A stretch of DNA of 55,738 nt from Octopus bimaculoides (taxonomy: Eukaryota), in assembly GCF_001194135.2 (NCBI RefSeq), contig NC_068982.1, positions 19,941,521 through 19,997,258 on the forward strand, given 5' to 3'. A program made the translations under genes and the position numbers. Shown one piece after another: positions 1 through 10,690 of the stretch. The notes under the pieces are model-generated. The model saw only the letters and a program-made list of their open reading frames with translations. It was not told where the DNA came from and did no database searches. Every line of letters starts with the position of its first letter. Within the stretch, counting starts at the first letter, position 1.

Positions 1-618
1 ATATATAATATATATATATATATGTATGTATTATATATATATATAAACATTGGTGCCTTGTACCACATACACATACACACACACACACTCACACACACAC
101 ACACACATATATATATGTGTGTGTGTGTATATATGTATATATATATCAGTTCATATAGCTCTTCCCAAAATGCAAATTAGGGGATGGGCTAACTTATGAA
201 TCGTCTACAAAGTTAAAGTAGGTATTCATGCGCATGCATACGTGAACGCTCTCTTTCAACACATCTATGATGAATGAGGTTGTGGAGTTGGTGGAAAAGA
301 CTGAAAAATAGACACTTTTGCTCTTCCGTAAAAATCTTCGTCGTGTTTTTTAAGTTTTTCTTGAAAAGAAAATTGACGGTGGAGACAGAAGTCTTGTCCA
401 ATAATAAATTCATAATGAAATGGGAGACAGAGGCAAAAGTGGCCAGAGGGAATTCTTATGCTCTATGCCTGCCCCCGTATCTTTGAGAATGGAGGTTCGA
501 ATAGGTCATATTCCGTTGGTAGCGAATTTGCTGCTGGATCGTTGGGGACGAATTTCACCTCTTGTTGGGGACACTCTGTATGAATAGGAACGCATGCTCT
601 GGATGAAAAGGGACATAT

Positions 619-944
619 GCGATCAGAGTGAGTTTTCCGAGCTGCCGTACCTTCGTAATCACCGTTAGATTCATTCAACTCTTTCCGAATCCTCTGCACT
701 GTCCTCAGATTGACACCCAAACATACTAAAATGTTCGTATTGGAGCTTCCAGCGCTAATGCCAGGCAGTAGGGCATGTGGTTTTCAAATTTCTGGCAAAG
801 TGAATTGTGTCATGGTGTTGTTTCTTCTTACAGACGGTGCCCACCTGATCCTACTATACTGTGTAGTCGACAAAATCAAATACAAACAATGCGCATGTGC
901 GAAATTAAGATATAAAATGGTGACAGTTTATTCATCGCACCCTG
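619..944 (-). mobile_element. Tc1/mariner-superfamily (maT/DD37D-like) transposon, 5' fragment with TIR and start of a pseudogenised transposase
   Basis: The minus strand begins TA|CAGGGTGCGATGAATAAACTGTCACC (TIR-like, TA flank). ATG at 813 reads MTQFTLPEI*KPHALLPGISAGSSNTNILVCLGVNLRTVQRIRKELNESNGDYEGTAARKTHSDR, an HTH-type transposase N-terminus, then breaks off at ~619. Confidence 0.75.
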
Positions 945-1215
945 TATATATATANNNNNNNNNNNNNNNNNNNNNNNNNNNNNNNNNNNNNNNNNNNNNN
1001 NNNNNNNNNNNNNNNNNNNNNNNNNNNNNNNNNNNNNNNNNNNNNNNNNNNNNNNNNNNNNNNNNNNNNNNNNNNNNNNNNNNNNNNNNNNNNNNNNNNN
1101 NNNNNNNNNNNNNNNNNNATATATATGTATACACACACATATATATATATATGTATATACACACACACACATACACACACACATATATACATATATATAT
1201 ATATATATGTATATG

Positions 1216-1400
1216 TATATATATGGGAGAATATACAAATAATAACAACAGACGAGGACAGGTGGTGTAAATAACAAAAGTATATATTAGTATGACGCTC
1301 GGGAATACGGAAAGTCTTTGACGTTTCGAGCTACGCTCTTCAACAGAAAGAATACGGAGACAAGGAGAAAAACACGGAGAAAAAAAATTGAATAGTGTTC
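1216..1400 (-). mobile_element. Short interspersed repeat with Penelope-like (pLTR-type) end, copy 1
   Basis: Closely similar to 8435-8537 (inverted) and 43434-43600. It carries the ACGTTTCG...CTTCAACAG motif typical of PLE ends, and its CCCATAT end abuts a TA microsatellite. Confidence 0.6.
1315..1351 (-). ncRNA. Minimal type I hammerhead-ribozyme-like motif (variant core)
   Basis: TCTTT-CTGTTGA-A-GAGC(GTA)GCTC-GAAA-CG-TC^AAAGA. Stem I has 5 bp, stem II has 4 bp, the helix III region is the palindrome ACGT and the site is GUC. A6 is replaced by U. Confidence 0.5.
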
Positions 1401-1412
1401 AGTCAACGGTCA

Positions 1413-1454
<42 letters not shown>

Positions 1455-1460
1455 CATATA

Positions 1461-2445
1461 TGTTGGGTCATCCCATGAATGATGCGGTCTTTTCAATTGC
1501 ATGAACAATAATTCGGAGGGGGACGGTATAGACCACCTGCATCAAGTTACTTTAAAAGCAGATAGTAATTTTACCTTGTACTTATTCTTAGTGGAAGTTT
1601 GGAAGAGTGCATTTCGATTCTTACAGTTATTTTTTCAAAGTTATATTGGAAGTGACAAAGGAGCATATTCGGCATATTTTGATTTATGAGTTCACTAAAA
1701 GCAACAACCAAATGGAAAGTGCGAGGAATATTATTGCAGTATATGGAGATCGGACAGTAAGTAAAAGCGAATGTCAACGGTGGTTCTAGTAATTCCGAGC
1801 CGGAAACTATATCCTAGAAGACGAGCGTCGTCCTGGAAGATCTATAGAGCACGGCGAAGACGTCTTGCAAACCCTGGTGGAACAAAATCCCATCGTAACT
1901 GCTGAGGGACTAGCAGAGAAGCTTGGATTTGGTCATTCAACTAGTCATCGACAACTACGTGCTATCGAAAAAGTCAGCAAATTGTGTCAATGTGTTCCTC
2001 ACTAATTTTCCGTGTCTAATCGAGTGCAGAGAGTGAACGTGTGCTCTTCTTTGTTGTCACGTTTCACGAATGGACCATTTTAGGACGGAATGGTGACTGG
2101 TGACGAGAAATGGGTTTCCTATAAAAAATGTTAAACGCCGATGACAGTGGGTAGGGAAAGGTGAAACACTGACATCCCAGTCTAAAGAAGGTCTCCACCA
2201 ACGTAATTTGTTGTTATGCTCCGTGGGATATGAAAGATTTAGTCCACTTTGGACTATTAAACTCAAACCAAACAATAACAAAAACCAATCACAAGAAGCT
2301 TGAGCGGCTTAAGTCAGCGCTAAGAGAAAAAGGACCATCTTTGGTTTCAAGATGAAAGGTATTCTTCCATAAGGATAATGCTCGGCTACATACAGCGGCG
2401 AGGATGACATTCCAAAGTCTGGTGCAATTTGAATGGGAAACGATG
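1461..2445 (+). mobile_element. mariner (DD34D, Mos1-like) transposon, decayed and 3'-truncated
   Basis: TA-flanked TIR-like start TGTTGGGTCATCCC. Translation across stops/frameshifts gives (M)EVTKEHIRHILIYEF...CQRWF*..LEDERRPGRS...CVPH...VTGDEKWVSY (2093-2113)...FHKDNARLHTA (2368-2391). The C-terminal YSPDL region is absent. Confidence 0.9.
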
Positions 2446-2463
2446 TAAGTCGGTTGCATCGCC

Positions 2464-2624
2464 TCCAGTGTGTAACTGGTATTTATTTTATCGACCCCGA
2501 ATGGATGAAAGGTAAAGTCGACCTCAAAGGAATTTGAACTCGGAACGAAAAACTTAGGAAATGCCGCCAAGCATTTTTCCCGGCAAGCCAACGATTCTGC
2601 CAGTTCGCCGCCTTCAGCAATATT
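2464..2624 (-). mobile_element. SINE family A (tRNA-derived head, Meta-domain-like core), partial
   Basis: Reverse complement of the GGCGGCGAACTGGCAGAATCG... head and CCTTTCATCCATTCGGGGTCGATAAAAT core seen at 6943, 33693 and 33913. Confidence 0.85.
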
Positions 2625-2629
2625 AATTA

Positions 2630-2906
2630 GTGCAATAATATTAGTTATGAGAGTAAATGACTAAGTGACAACCTGGGTAAGCTGGGATTTTCAGGAAGAG
2701 AAATGAACCAGTGAATTCGCATATTACAAATACAATATTTGAGGGGAACAATAAAAATGCGCAAGCTTCTTCTCAAGTTTAAAATGTGACATTGTTTTTA
2801 TTATCTACATTCCAACAATGGAGCTGTGTATCTTTGTTAGAAACCAGCTCTTTCTTTACGGGAGGATTTCAAATAAATGAAAATAGAAGTGAACATAAAA
2901 ACATAC
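2630..2906 (+). mobile_element. RLE LINE family III, 3' end (last codons plus 3'UTR)
   Basis: Reads LSDNLGKLGFSGREMNQ*IRILQIQYLRGTIKMRKLLLKFKM* (stop 2787-2789). It aligns with 43200-43430 at DNA and protein level and ends in ...AACATAC. Confidence 0.75.
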
Positions 2907-4099
2907 ACACACACACACATACAAAGTTAATGACCACACTTAATATCAGGGAGGTCAGAATTGTTTATTGCTATTACAGCTGCCTTCACCTCTATGTATT
3001 TGAATTTCATGCTCTCGATAACCTGACTGGATATATGTGTTAGTACCTGTGTGCCTTGTTGCAAATATATGCATACACAAACACATACACACGCACGAAC
3101 GTACACACACGTATGAACAAATACAAATAAGTATTTGTCTGTATACCTGAACATACCATGATTTAAAGATTTATTTATGAGCAAATTCTCATGTAGCTTT
3201 GGAGACGCGTCATGGTTAGTTGTAGGTTTTTCTAAAATCCATCCACTGTATGATAAGTGGGCGCCTGTAAATCATATTAATTGCGAGATTATTAGTGAAA
3301 AGGTACGAAAATTATAGTCTTTGCTCGGCATGCCAGTATAATTGTGGATAACGCTGAGCAGATAAAAATCATTTGTCAAATTTCATAAAAGTAGAAACGA
3401 ATGAGAATGGTTGTGCAAACTGGATAATATCTGTAGATGTTTACTTTTGGGCCCCGAGTTTGACCATTTAAAAACAATCTACCACGCAATAAGTAAATTT
3501 GACACGTTTGTATATATATATATATATATATATATATNNNNNNNNNNNNNNNNNNNNNNNNNNNNNNNNNNNNNNNNNNNNNNNNNNNNNNNNNNNNNNN
3601 NNNNNNNNNNNNNNNNNNNNNNNNNNNNNNNNNNNNNNNNNNNNNNNNNNNNNNNNNNNNNNNNNNNNNNNNNNNNNNNNNNNNNNNNNNNNNNNNNNNN
3701 NNNNNNNNNNNNNNNNNNNNNNNNNNNNNNNNNNNNNNNNNNNNNNNNNNNNNNNNNNNNNNNNNNNNNNNNNNNNNNNNNNNNNNNNNNNNNNNNNNNN
3801 NNNNNNNNNNNNNNNNNNNNNNNNNNNNNNNNNNNNNNNNNNNNNNNNNNNNNNNNNNNNNNNNNNNNNNNNNNNNNNNNNNNNNNNNNNNNNNNNNNNN
3901 NNNNNNNNNNNNNNNNNNNNNNNNNNNNNNNNNNNNNNNNNNNNNNNNNNNNNNNNNNNNNNNNNNNNNNNNNNNNNNNNNNNNNNNNNNNNNNNNNNNN
4001 NNNNNNNNNNNNNNNNNNNNNNNNNNNNNNNNNNNNNNNNNNNNNNNNNNNNNNNNNNNNNNNNNNNNNNNNNNNNNNNNNNNNNNNNNNNNNNNNNNN

Positions 4100-4144
<45 letters not shown>

Positions 4145-4659
4145 TGTATATATATATGTATATATATACATATATATATTCTATCATGCCTTGATAATTT
4201 GTGGACTGGGATCGTCGCTGTCAGACCCCTGGTGCTAAATAAACTGTTAAGCACTTATTGTAAGCAAATTGGTAACTCCAGTTCTCTAGAGAACCTAGAT
4301 GTGTTGTGTATATAAACGGATTGTTTAATTAGTTCCCTAAGATTGGTCGGGGGTTATAGACACGTCGAACGATTCCCCGATAAAGGTCGGAATTCGATTA
4401 AGGCTGTTCAACATTTTTTCGATATACAGAGAAATAGGTAGATTTGGCATGTTTACATTGTGGAAAGAATGCACCGGACAACTAATACACAGCGCATACG
4501 CAAGCGAACAATGACACTACAGGAGTGGGTTGTAGTAAATGGTAAATATCAAGATATCGAGTTCCGTTTAGACTTGTGTCCTTTCTTTAGCTTAATCAGT
4601 TAATCAATCCAAAGACCAGGTGTGTTTGTGTGTGAGTGCGTGTGTTTGTGTGTTTGTAT

Positions 4660-4660
<1 letters not shown>

Positions 4661-4712
<52 letters not shown>

Positions 4713-4812
4713 GGGGAAAGAGAGAGAGATAGGGGGAAAGAGAGAGAGATAGGGGGAAAGAGAGAGAGTGGGAGAAAGACAGAGAGAAGAGGAGAGAGAG
4801 AGGGAGAAAGAC
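4661..4812 (+). repeat. (GA)n tract with a 20-bp unit AGAGAGAGATAGGGGGAAAG x3
   Basis: Directly visible; the strand is almost entirely purine. Confidence 0.9.
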
Positions 4813-5337
4813 CCGTAGTAAACGTGTTTATCACCTATACCAAAACTGCGTTGGATAAGATGGAATCTTAAGTGTATGACTTTTATTTGGATAAGATGCG
4901 ATCATAAGTATATGACCAATATAGAATAACTGATAAAGAAAATAATTATAAACAAAGCAGTAACAGCGAGCTTTTATATTAATTATTACGAAATTATTGC
5001 TTTGTTTCCTCATACACAAAATTTAAGAGTTGACTTAATTTTATGCCCTCATGATTATAGCTTCATTAAAATATCGAAAATATGCGATTGTGCACCAAAT
5101 ACATAAACATAAATATGCATATTTATACATACACTCGTGTACACACACACAAATGTATAGACCCATGCACACATATGTAGATATGAGCATGAAAATTTTT
5201 ATGGGTATGTAACGTATACATAGATATATATAAAGAAAAAAAGAGGTAGCCGGAATTTTGGATAATTCTTTATCGGCGCTTTCGTCTCATTCATCGAGAC
5301 TCCTCAAATATAAGTTCTACAGAAAATTTCTTTGCCG

Positions 5338-5450
5338 TTTATACAAATCTGGAAGGGGATGTTGCTTTGTTTTGTTATCTATATATGTGTGGATGTAGAA
5401 AAAAGAGAAAGAAAAAAAAACAAAAGCATCCCCTTCCAGATTTATATAAA
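5338..5450. repeat. Small fold-back / MITE-like element with ~30-bp terminal inverted repeats
   Basis: TTTATACAAATCTGGAAGGGGATGTTGCTTTG ... CAAAAGCATCCCCTTCCAGATTTATATAAA. Partial related copies lie at 8135-8222 and ~6835-6878. Confidence 0.55.
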
Positions 5451-5822
5451 AGGNNNNNNNNNNNNNNNNNNNNNNNNNNNNNNNNNNNNNNNNNNNNNNN
5501 NNNNNNNNNNNNNNNNNNNNNNNNNNNNNNNNNNNNNNNNNNNNNNNNNNNNNNNNNNNNNNNNNNNNNNNNNNNNNNNNNNNNNNNNNNNNNNNNNNNN
5601 NNNNNNNNNNNNNNNNNNNNNNNNNNNNNNNNNNNNNNNNNNNNNNNNNNNNNNNNNNNNNNNNNNNNNNNNNNNNNNNNNNNNNNNNNNNNNNNNGAAG
5701 GGGTCACTAGTTTTCAGATTTTTAATGTTCAGTACCCTAGGTTTTCCAGTTTTAGATAAAACTGGAACCATTGAACATGTACGCACTACACAGAACCCCG
5801 ATTTTTAAAACCCTTTTACTGT

Positions 5823-6790
5823 ACCCACAAGGGTAGAGTACTGAAAAGAGTCTTCATTCTACGGAAGGAGATACACGAATTTCTTCGTGGTGCTAAAAAA
5901 AAACTGCACAGACAATTCTCCAATACTCGGTTCCTTATATGGCTCTCCTTTTTGGTCGATATGTTTGAATCAGTTAATTCTGTTAACTTAGCACTACAAG
6001 GAAAATACATCAACGTTGTCCACTGTCACGAAAAAGTGAGTTCATTTAAAATGATGCTCCATTTGTGGGGTTCTAAATTGAAATTTGCACCATTTCCGAA
6101 TTTCAATACTGTACTTGGTGAAGATAACCTTCGAGATGATGCTGACATCCTCGAAATAATGAAACAGTATGTCATAATTCTTCATGCTGAAATTCAACGA
6201 TACTTCCCAGACCTCCAAAACGTCGAAAAAGTTCATCATTTCAGTACCAATTCCTTTGCAATTTTTGTTGTTGACTTTCTGTCAGAAGATTAAGTCATTT
6301 AAGTACAGTTCATCGCCTTGCTGAATGATGGAAGTGCAAAAAACACCTTCCATAATATGTGTTGCAGTGAATTCTGGATTGAAATGATGCAGTCCTATCC
6401 AGATGTCACCAAATTGAACCTAAAACTCATCGTTTCATTTACAACAACGTACAAATTTGAGACGGCTTTTGCAACTTCACTTGCAATAAACTGGATGCTG
6501 CTCATGAGGGTCGCATTATCAAAAACGCAGCCTAACATTGAGGATTTATTACCGAGCAAACAAGTTCACCTCTCTCACTGAAATTTCTTATTTTATATCT
6601 CGAAAAATTATTTTGTACAAGGTCATTTTGCTTTGTTTGTCTTTTCTGATTTTTTCATTTTGGGGTGGGGCTGGGGGGTCCGTGAAGCCCTGAAAAAAAT
6701 GGGAGGAGATCTGTAGGATGAAAATTTTGAAAAAGTATAGATCCAAGCCATCACTGGAACTAAAAATCTGCAAAACTTTCCAGAAGTTTA
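5823..6790 (+). mobile_element. hAT (Charlie/Buster-type) transposase 3' half, pseudogene
   Basis: QGRVLKRVFILRKEIHEF...LVDMFESVNSVNLALQG...FKMMLHLW...QRYFP...EFW...YP...SFTTTYKFETAF...RVALSKTQPNIEDLLPSKQVHLSH* (stop 6579-6581) matches the hAT C-terminal dimerisation region. A GGGGGTCCGTG subterminal tract follows. Confidence 0.85.
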
Positions 6791-6942
6791 TCATTTAAGT
6801 GTATGTAAGCGTGTCTAGATATGCAACTATATGCATGTGAATACACACATAAAACAAAGCATAAAAATCTGCACCTGTACATACATACTTACATACATAC
6901 ATACATACATGCATGCATACATACATACATACATACAAAGAA

Positions 6943-7173
6943 GGCGGTGAGCTGGCAGAAACGTTAGCACGCCGGGCGAAATGCTTAGTGGTATTTCGTC
7001 TGCCGCTACGTTCTGAGTTCAAATTCCGCCGAGGTCGACTTTGCCTTTCATCCTTTCGGGGTCGATTAAATAAGTACCAATTACGCACTGGGGTCGATAT
7101 AATCGACTTAATCCGTTTGTCTGTCCTTGTTTGTCCCCTCTGTGTGTAGCCTCTTGTGGGTAGTAAAGAAATA
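6943..7173 (+). mobile_element. SINE family A, near full length, tail type 2
   Basis: GGCGGTGAGCTGGCAGAA head, GAGTTCAAATTC B-box and TTTCATCCTTTCGGGGTCGAT..AAATAAGTACCA core, ending GTAAAGAAATA. It is flanked by (CATA)n on both sides. Confidence 0.9.
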
Positions 7174-7232
7174 ATACATACATACATACATACATACATA
7201 CATACATACATACATACGCACATACATACATA

Positions 7233-7348
7233 CCAAAATATTTTGTTGACGTTGCTGAAATTCCAATGGAGGAGGCTTGAATCTAAGTTAGAAACACGGC
7301 TCTTTCTCTATTGGCAAGAAATCTTGAAATAAAACTGAACAATGACAT
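7233..7348 (+). mobile_element. RLE LINE family III-related 3'UTR, extremely 5'-truncated copy
   Basis: Aligns with 8323-8428 and with the 3'UTRs at 2800-2906 and 43335-43432. It starts after (CATA)n and ends in GACAT. Confidence 0.6.
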
Positions 7349-7349
7349 G

Positions 7350-8065
7350 GTGTTTGTCTACTTCTTATTCAGAGTTTGATCACCTCCCGTACCTACACCT
7401 TAGAATCATCATGGCCATCTGAGGTGGCTTTTCAAACCAGACAACCTTTTGAAAAGACACCCACATAGATTGAATATCTGATTTGGACGACCAAGACCTG
7501 CAGTTAAGTTCTGAACTTTGTGGATCTTAAAATGCCTTTTGAGGCCTCTGTTAGATTTGAAGACCTTATGGCATACATTGCATTGAAAGGTGTGCACAGA
7601 CATATAGGCAGAATATTTGCTGGAGGTTTGTTTACCATGGGCTCGCAAATGAGATTTGAGCCCAGCAAAAGAAAGACATGATCTGTCTCAAACTGTGCCC
7701 ACAAAACAGTCATTGTCATTCACTTTCTCTAAATCTCTCTTGAGTCTTGCATGCGTTATCCTGGCCTCTTCAAACTCTTTCACTCCACTCCACACTTTTG
7801 TTCGCCATCCAGCTCGATCTGAAGCAAGGGTTTCTACGTCCTCTGGATCCATTTCTAGTGACTTCATGGTAATCTTTATGCTGTCCTTAAACCTTTTGGG
7901 GGATTTACACCGATAGCATTTCTCCTCTGCAAACTCACCATAAAACAGGTGTGCGTTCATCCGCCATTCGAACAGTATGGCCACACCATCTCATTCGGGT
8001 TTTCAAAATCATTGCTTTAAATGAGGTGATGCCTGCAGACGCAAGGACATCTGTGTTTGGAGTAA
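7350..8065 (-). mobile_element. RTE-clade LINE 3' fragment with C-terminal C2H2-like fingers
   Basis: HLFYGEF...PKRFKDSIKITMKSLEMDPEDVETLASDRAGWRTKVWSGVKEFEEAR is a typical RTE ORF end. It continues in frame through one stop into three zinc-finger-like motifs. Confidence 0.85.
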
Positions 8066-8134
8066 AAGAATTCCATTTAATGTTTAAAATGCGATCAATG
8101 CATTTATGGTAGAATTGTTATAACAATTTGAAAT

Positions 8135-8222
8135 GTTTTGTTTCCTTCTATTTTACTATATACACTCATATATAGATAACAAAACAAAGCAAAATCATAC
8201 CCTCCCAGATTTGAATAAATAC
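8135..8222 (-). repeat. Partial copy of the 5338-5450 fold-back element
   Basis: The reverse complement ATTTATTCAAATCTGGGAGGGTATGATTTTGCTTTGTTTTGTTATCTATATATG matches 5338-5390. Confidence 0.6.
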
Positions 8223-8322
8223 ATACATACTTCCATACACACATACATAAAACAAAACATACACATCTGCACACGCACTGACTCCAAATACTGCACATAT
8301 ACATACAAACATGCAAACATAC

Positions 8323-8428
8323 CCTGTTGATGTAGTTGAAGTTTCAATGAAGGAACCTTGGTTTTAGGTTAGAAACCGGCTCATTCCTTAGTGGCAAGAA
8401 ATTTTGAAATAAAACCGAATAATGACAT
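8323..8428 (+). mobile_element. RLE LINE family III-related 3'UTR, extremely 5'-truncated copy
   Basis: Direct repeat of 7233-7348. It is preceded by degenerate CATA units and ends in AATGACAT. Confidence 0.6.
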
Positions 8429-8434
8429 GCATCT

Positions 8435-8537
8435 GTCAAAGACTTTCCGTATTCCCGAGCGTCATACTAATACACCCTTTTGTTATTTACACCACCTGTC
8501 CTCGTCTGTTGTTGTTTTTTCGTATATTCTCCCATAT
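8435..8537 (+). mobile_element. Penelope-like end repeat, copy 2 (starts at the hammerhead GTC site)
   Basis: GTCAAAGACTTTCCGTATTCCCGAGCGTCATACTAAT...CTCCCATAT is the reverse complement of 1216-1322. Confidence 0.65.
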
Positions 8538-9214
8538 NNNNNNNNNNNNNNNNNNNNNNNNNNNNNNNNNNNNNNNNNNNNNNNNNNNNNNNNNNNNNNN
8601 NNNNNNNNNNNNNNNNNNNNNNNNNNNNNNNNNNNNNNNNNNNNNNNNNNNNNNNNNNNNNNNNNNNNNNNNNNNNNNNNNNNNNNNNNNNNNNNNNNNN
8701 NNNNNNNNNNNNNNNNNNNNNNNNNNNNNNNNNNNNNNNNNNNNNNNNNNNNNNNNNNNNNNNNNNNNNNNNNNNNNNNNNNNNNNNNNNNNNNNNNNNN
8801 NNNNNNNNNNNNNNNNNNNNNNNNNNNNNNNNNNNNNNNNNNNNNNNNNNNNNNNNNNNNNNNNNNNNNNNNNNNNNNNNNNNNNNNNNNNNNNNNNNNN
8901 NNNNNNNNNNNNNNNNNNNNNNNNNNNNNNNNNNNNNNNNNNNNNNNNNNNNNNNNNNNNNNNNNNNNNNNNNNNNNNNNNNNNNNNNNNNNNNNNNNNN
9001 NNNNNNNNNNNNNNNNNNNNNNNNNNNNNNNNNNNNNNNNNNNNNNNNNNNNNNNNNNNNNNNNNNNNNNNNNNNNNNNNNNNNNNNNNNNNNNNNNNNN
9101 NNNNNNNNNNNNNNNNNNNNNNNNNNNNNNNNNNNNNNNNNNNNNNNNNNNNNNNNNNNNNNNNNNNNNNNNNNNNTATATATATATATATATATATATA
9201 AATATGTATGTATA

Positions 9215-9247
<33 letters not shown>

Positions 9248-9981
9248 TCTCACGCACGTACGAGCATACATAAACTCGTTCATAATACATACATTGACAC
9301 ATAATGCGTTTTGTCTATTGGCGTGGGCACACCTCTGTCTTTCACCATATACACATATTTTGAAAACCAATATATTTCTAAATTATATGAAACATTTCTC
9401 CGAAAGGGACTTCAAGAAACCAAAGTTAGAAACAAAATTTTCGACAGCTTGTCATTCTAATGTTATTAAAATATTGTTGTATATTAAAAAATCATTTTTC
9501 ACGTGAAATATTGACATAAAACAAGGAAACAATGCAACAACTTGCGGCAATAAACAGAAGTGTTACTTGATATATCTCAGACTGAGAACGCTTTTGGCCT
9601 GCTTTTTTTTCATTCATATTTTAAAATCTTACAGATTTCACGGCCTATTCTGTTGTGAGTATTAGCAAGTATATACATACGTAGATACACACATACGTAC
9701 ATACATACATACATATAAATTATACACACACAAACGTTCATACGCGCACACATGAATCTACTTTCTCAGTCATCTCCCTCTCTTTGGCTCTCTTTCTCTC
9801 TCTCTGTCTACCTGTGTTTGTCTGTCTGTCTTTCTGCTTGCATGTATGCACGCATATATTTCTATACCTGTGAATAAATATAGTGAATATTTCTCTTCTG
9901 CTAACATATATTCCGTCAATCTTTATTTGCTTAAACACATTCCAACATACACAAATACAAAGTTAGAAATGCAGTACACAC

Positions 9982-10012
<31 letters not shown>

Positions 10013-10641
10013 TACATACTTAAACATAGACACATATATATGCATACATACATTGCATATTCGCATAGAAATACATCCAGCCAATCCATCCTTACACACA
10101 CACGAGCGCGCACACAGAGACGTGTGTGATGCTAGTGTACGTGGGCGTTTGTGTTTCTTTCGAACCGTATTCTTTTCCTCTTATCATGCAATCTTTGACA
10201 ACTTAATGCGTTCAGGTTTAGAGGAATTCTTGATAAGTTCCAGTATTTGTATTATATGCACGTTAGCTTCTGAAAGATTCGTTCAGCATGCCTGGATGAA
10301 CATGTCTTAAATCAGAAAATATATTCGAAATTATGTATTTATGTTATTTTTAAGATGCTTCGTGTGATATCTGAATTTGACTAAAATAAGCAAAATATTA
10401 TAATTCTTATTTTTTGAATTAGATCTGTCTCTTTGGAACCCCACTGCATAATAAGAGGTTCTACATTTATNNNNNNNNNNNNNNNNNNNNNNNNNNNNNN
10501 NNNNNNNNNNNNNNNNNNNNNNNNNNNNNNNNNNNNNNNNNNNNNTATTATAAGTCTTTTTAGTGTATTTACTTATTAAATTTTTCTATATGTGAATGTG
10601 GATTTTCATGGATGAATTCAAGAATTGTGTCTTTTTTCTTT

Positions 10642-10690
<49 letters not shown>

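Noticed and set aside
150-618. Moderately GC-rich segment adjoining the Tc1 fragment as a continuation of its transposase
   Set aside because: The translation departs from the expected sequence at ~619 and no frame gives a recognisable motif; left unassigned.
3190-3512. Possible further DNA-transposon end next to (TA)n
   Set aside because: No second TIR, no coding remnant and no second copy in the window.
7409-7648. Host C2H2 zinc-finger gene
   Set aside because: It is in frame with an RTE ORF end and followed directly by the element's 3' end; no splice context.
8343-8390. CAATGAAG-stem-AGAAACCGG as a second hammerhead family
   Set aside because: The core is non-canonical in both copies, and the segment is better explained as the hairpin-forming 3'UTR of LINE III.
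7233-8428. Direct repeats 7233-7348 and 8323-8428 as LTRs flanking the RTE fragment
   Set aside because: There are no TG..CA ends or PBS/PPT, the interior is non-LTR, and the repeats align to the LINE III 3'UTR found elsewhere.
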